Below are positions 60,301 to 64,000 of a DNA stretch of 64,000 bases, in pieces. Source of the stretch: Thraustochytrium aureum (lineage: Eukaryota); NCBI GenBank assembly GCA_012862495.1, contig BLSG01000014.1, forward strand, positions 1-64,000. The letters are read 5' to 3'. The translations under genes were made by a program, and so were the position numbers. How positions within the stretch are numbered: the stretch's first letter is position 1; every line of letters starts with the position of its first letter. The notes under the pieces were generated by a model that was not told where the DNA came from, ran no database searches, and worked only from the letters and a program-made list of their open reading frames with translations.

Positions 60301-61644
60301 ATGGCGGCGTATGGGGCAGTCGAGACCGGCGAGGCCGCGCGCCTGCTGCCGCGGGCGGGCCAAGAGGACGTCGGCGGTCGCGCAAGCGCGCAGACAAGGT
60401 TCTTGCGAGACGCGGAGCGATCAGAGCGGCTCGTGTATGTAGAGCTCGTCTACGTGCGGTATTTGTCGGACGTGGTGACAACCGACATGACGTTCCGCGC
60501 TGCGATTGGGTTTGACATGGAATGGGCAGCGTCCGAAGAAGATGTGCAGGGGTGGGAAGCTGATCCCGTCGGCTTTGCACCGTCGCACATCCCGCGCTTC
60601 GAGTTTCCCAATGCCAAGGAGATCGACCTCGAGCGCCGCACATGGCAGAACGGCAACTGCTTCAAGATCAACGTGAAGGAAGACCCAGTGACAGGGACGG
60701 AGACCCGCTTTTGCTTTCTGCGAACGCTAGCTGTTGGCGTGTTCATGGCGCGGTTCGACTTGCACGCCTTTCCGTTTGACTCGCAGACCCTGCGCGTCGT
60801 CATGGACCTCACCTTTTGCGAGATCAGGCAGTCCATGTTTGTTCCGCCGTTCGCGATCATGCAACGCGGGGCTGGAAGCGCGCCCAATACAAGCGTAGTA
60901 ACGGTAAATCGCGAGTTTTCTGCTCTGAGCGATTTCGAGCTCGAGCGGTGCCTGTGCGAGTTTGCGAGCCGGACGGCAGACACGGACAAGCATTTGCCTG
61001 ACGACGAGGCGTTTCGCTGGAGCCAGGTTGTGGTGCACTTTCAGCTCGTGCGCAAGTGGGAGGGATACATCGGCCGCCTCGCTTTGCTGGCTTTTCTTCT
61101 CTCGCTGACGAGCCTCGCAGCATTCGGGTTTGATGTCGAGGATGCTTTGCCTGACCGGGCGGGGTACCTGATGAACCTCGTCCTTGCGAACGTAGCGTTC
61201 CAGTTCATCCTCAACGATGTGCTCCCGCCCGTGCCGTATTTGACTACGCTGGACAAGTACTGCCTTGCTCTCTTTGTGCTCACGGTGCTGCAGCTTTGCC
61301 TTACGACCCTGTACGGCAACCTCGATTGGCCGCCTGATACGGTGCGCCACTTTGATTTGCACGTGGCGATGCCCGCGTTTACACTGCTGCTGGTCGCGTG
61401 CCAGCTCGGATTTGTTCGCCTGGCCGTTGTGTCTCGTCGCGGAGAGGTCGCAAAACTCGATATGGGCGTCCTTGAACTGCGTCAAGAACAGGCCGGGCGG
61501 TCTGGACGGCACGCGTCGCATGCGATTCGGCTCTTGGGGCGATCGATGCTCGACGAGGCCGCCAGAGCAGCAACGCGAGCGGAGAACGCTTTTGTGACGT
61601 TTGCGAGCCAGAGCTGCTTTCGGAAGCCGCCGAGTGACAGATGA
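60301..61644 (+). CDS. Cys-less (Pro-loop) pentameric ligand-gated ion channel-like subunit
   Basis: PRFEFPNA, FDLHAFPFDSQTL loop, four C-terminal TM helices with DRAGY, LPPVPYLTTLDKY. Confidence 0.82.
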   Translation: MAAYGAVETGEAARLLPRAGQEDVGGRASAQTRFLRDAERSERLVYVELVYVRYLSDVVTTDMTFRAAIGFDMEWAASEEDVQGWEADPVGFAPSHIPRFEFPNAKEIDLERRTWQNGNCFKINVKEDPVTGTETRFCFLRTLAVGVFMARFDLHAFPFDSQTLRVVMDLTFCEIRQSMFVPPFAIMQRGAGSAPNTSVVTVNREFSALSDFELERCLCEFASRTADTDKHLPDDEAFRWSQVVVHFQLVRKWEGYIGRLALLAFLLSLTSLAAFGFDVEDALPDRAGYLMNLVLANVAFQFILNDVLPPVPYLTTLDKYCLALFVLTVLQLCLTTLYGNLDWPPDTVRHFDLHVAMPAFTLLLVACQLGFVRLAVVSRRGEVAKLDMGVLELRQEQAGRSGRHASHAIRLLGRSMLDEAARAATRAENAFVTFASQSCFRKPPSDR

Positions 61645-61832
61645 TGATGGAAGCACAAGCTCCAGAGTAGCGCTAGCGGAGGGAGCGAGAGAGAGAGGTT
61701 CAAGCTGCAGCGGGCCGCATAGCGCTGGTTTGGTTGGCTGTTACTGAAACGAAGAAAAGAAAAGAAAAACTCTAACGTAGAGCCCCGCTCTCCCCTTGCC
61801 TGCCGCGCAAAGTTCTGCGGGGGCAGCAGCCG

Positions 61833-63738
61833 CTATGACTGCGCCGCAAACACAGGTTGGGGTCCCACAGACTCGACCGAGACACAGTCCGCCAAACCCG
61901 CAGCCCCACCAAACTCGTTCGCGGAGTCCACTTGGTCGTCGTGCGCATCGGCCTCCACGGGAAGCGCAAAGTCGTCCGGCAAGTCGGTGTTGATGAACGA
62001 GATGCCAAGCTCTGACAAGCGCTGCGCCGTCTCAACGTTGTCAGGATCTGAGGCGTAGCCCCAAACCCCGATTGTGTAAGTCTCCGCCAGCTCGCGCACC
62101 AATTTCGCACAGGCAGAGTTGGGCTGCACCATCGCCGGGTGATACTGCATGTAGACGCCATCCAAGCAGCTGGACCCTTGCTCGACGTAACCCAAAATGT
62201 CAGCGCGCAGCTCGTCGCTCGTGCGCCCGTCCCAGTCCACGGGCATCTCAATCGCGTTGTCGGGCTCTGCGGCGTCGCGCGTCAGGAACATAATCTTTGG
62301 CGCCATCGCAGGGTTGAGCTCCCCAAAGTGCTCTTGAAAAAAGTTGTTAAAAGTTGTGGATGATGTACAGGTCGAAGCTCATCACCACGGCCACTCGAGA
62401 CAGGAGCGTCATGTTCTCGCTCATGAGTCGACAGAGCGCAGCCGCCACCTCGGCGCCGTCGGCGCCCGACTTAATCTCGATGACGAGCTTGGCAGCGGGC
62501 CCTGCGCGCGTTGCTGTGCGGAGCACGTCTTCGAGCAGCGGGGCCGAGGTACCGTTCTTGAGCGGGAGCGCATAGAGCTCTTCGAAAGTGAGTTTGGTGA
62601 CCGGCTGGAACGCTGAGGTGTGCCCAGGGTCGCGCGCGAGGCGGTGCAAGTCGTTGTCATGGCAGAGCACGATTCGGCCGTCCAGCGTCAGCGTGATATC
62701 GCACTCGCAATATCGCAGACCAGACGCCCACGACTGCTCATATGCGGTTATGGTGTTCTCCAGTGGGCGGTGAAGAAGGTCCTCCTTGCTATGAAACCCG
62801 CGGTGGCTCACCAGCTTGGCGCGCAGCTCGCTGTCGACCTGGTTGATCATGTTGCAGAGCAGGTCGAACGGGCTTGGTCCCGAGCTCGTGCTACTGTTGC
62901 TCTTGGTGTGACGCGGCGCCCCGCTGCGCGGAGCAACCGTCTGGTTGGCGCTAGGGTGGCGAGCGGATGACCCGGGCACGCTGGCGCTGGTGTTGGGCCG
63001 GGTCTCCTCGGGGACAGCGCAATCGGCGGCGCTCGAGCTAGGCTGCGATGAGCGCCCCTTGCCGAGCCTCACCTCGCCAGAGGACTTGCTTTCAAAGTCA
63101 GCGCGGTCTGTATCGTCGCCGTACAAGTCCTCCTCACTAGCGCTCGGGGAGCACCGAACGAGGCACTCGCGGATCATGTCGCGCAGCTTGGCTGCAAAGT
63201 CGGTGCTCACGCCGCTCGCCATCGGCGACATTGCCAACTCGACGTAGAGCGCCGACGCGGTCGCGGGGCAGACGTACTTTTCCAGCTTCTTCGCGAGCTT
63301 GCGCAGCGCCTCCACGTTCAGCAACCCGAAAACGCGCCGCTGCTCGAACAGCGGGAGAACCGACGCCTGCAGCTCGGGGGCGTCGTTGTCCGCGGCGTCA
63401 TCGTAAAAGCTGTCGCGGCGTTCGCTGAGCGTCTCGCCAAACATGAACGATTCGCCGTAGCCGCGGTTCGCCGACTTGCACAGCCCAGGCAGCTGCAACG
63501 CGACCTTGCGCGCCAGCGAGTTGGTCTCGCGGAGGCTGAAGAGCGCAGCGACCGCCTCGCGGGAGATCATGTCAAAGTGCGCCGAGGACTTGGCCAGCTC
63601 GCCTCGCCACCTCGCCGAGAACGCCTTGGCGTTCGTCCCAGGGTTGCTCGCCAGGTCGCGGAGCCCGTTAAAGTCGACGTACAGCTCCTCCCACCCGCTC
63701 ACGCGGGAGGTGCTCAGGTGCGCCCCAAACCGCACCAT
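61833..63738 (-). CDS. SPX-domain glycerophosphodiester phosphodiesterase (frameshift in A-run near 62340)
   Basis: SPX start MVRFGAHL..WEELYVDF and LNVEALRKLAKKLEK; GDPD motifs SHRGF, PLENT, ECDI, CHD, VIEIK, VMSF, INTD. Confidence 0.85.
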
Positions 63739-64000
63739 ATTCCTTACCGCCCGGGTCGAGCCCGTCCGCGGCGCCTCGCGAAGGGTTTCTGCTGCTCCAC
63801 AAAAGCAGTTTGTCGACTGGGCCGCTCTGATCAGACCTGCCTTGTCACCCAGAACTGGCAGCCTCCCCAGCCAAACGAGCGCTCTGCAGCCTGGTCGGTG
63901 GGTCGGTCACCTTGCCTGCGCGGCCCAGCTCTACGACCAACTCAGCCGCCACCGGTCTGCGCTGCCACAAACTCTCAGCGCCGCCAGCCTCGTCGCGCGC

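Noticed and set aside
28187..62345. Many frameshifts (near 30228, 30675, 31885, 41535-41560, 50850, 52200, 58000, 59400, 62340; also 9518) read as pseudogenes, programmed frameshifting or RNA editing
   Set aside because: Those I traced are fixed by adding or removing one base in a short homopolymer, they hit otherwise intact conserved genes, and no shared slippery motif is visible. Sequencing indel error is the simplest explanation
1..64000. rRNA, tRNA, transposase, reverse transcriptase or viral genes
   Set aside because: None recognised by eye; a covariance-model search (tRNAscan-SE, Infernal) would be needed to exclude small RNAs

Overview
Gene-dense, GC-rich eukaryotic draft scaffold with 13 N-gaps. 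Short GT-AG introns with GCTAAC/CTGAC branch points and the genes SF3B1, syntaxin-6, exportin-5 and G-alpha show it is nuclear DNA. The SPT-repeat proteins and gene mix suggest a heterotrophic protist (perhaps a stramenopile/labyrinthulomycete), but taxonomy is inference only. About 21 protein-coding genes are supported: GH3 glycosidase, SGNH-like type II membrane protein, repeat/Zn/ubiquitin-like orphan, FN3 protein, secreted multi-PDZ protein, G-alpha, TMEM14, HAMP class III cyclase, exportin-5, syntaxin-6, SF3B1, aminoacylase-1, polytopic orphan, PKD2-like channel, RRP15, S28 peptidase, SMARCAD1/Fun30, GDPD, S9 peptidase-Nudix fusion, Cys-less pentameric channel and SPX-GDPD. Many genes carry single-base frameshifts; those traced base by base lie in homopolymers and look like sequencing errors. 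Best candidate for a new system: an S9 (glutamyl endopeptidase-like) peptidase with a complete, motif-intact NUDT9-type ADP-ribose pyrophosphatase domain inserted in frame in its beta-propeller, plus a C-terminal membrane anchor. Also notable: a six-copy intergenic MITE-like family and a signal-peptide-bearing, Cys-bracketed multi-PDZ protein. All family calls come from motif recognition by eye, not database searches.
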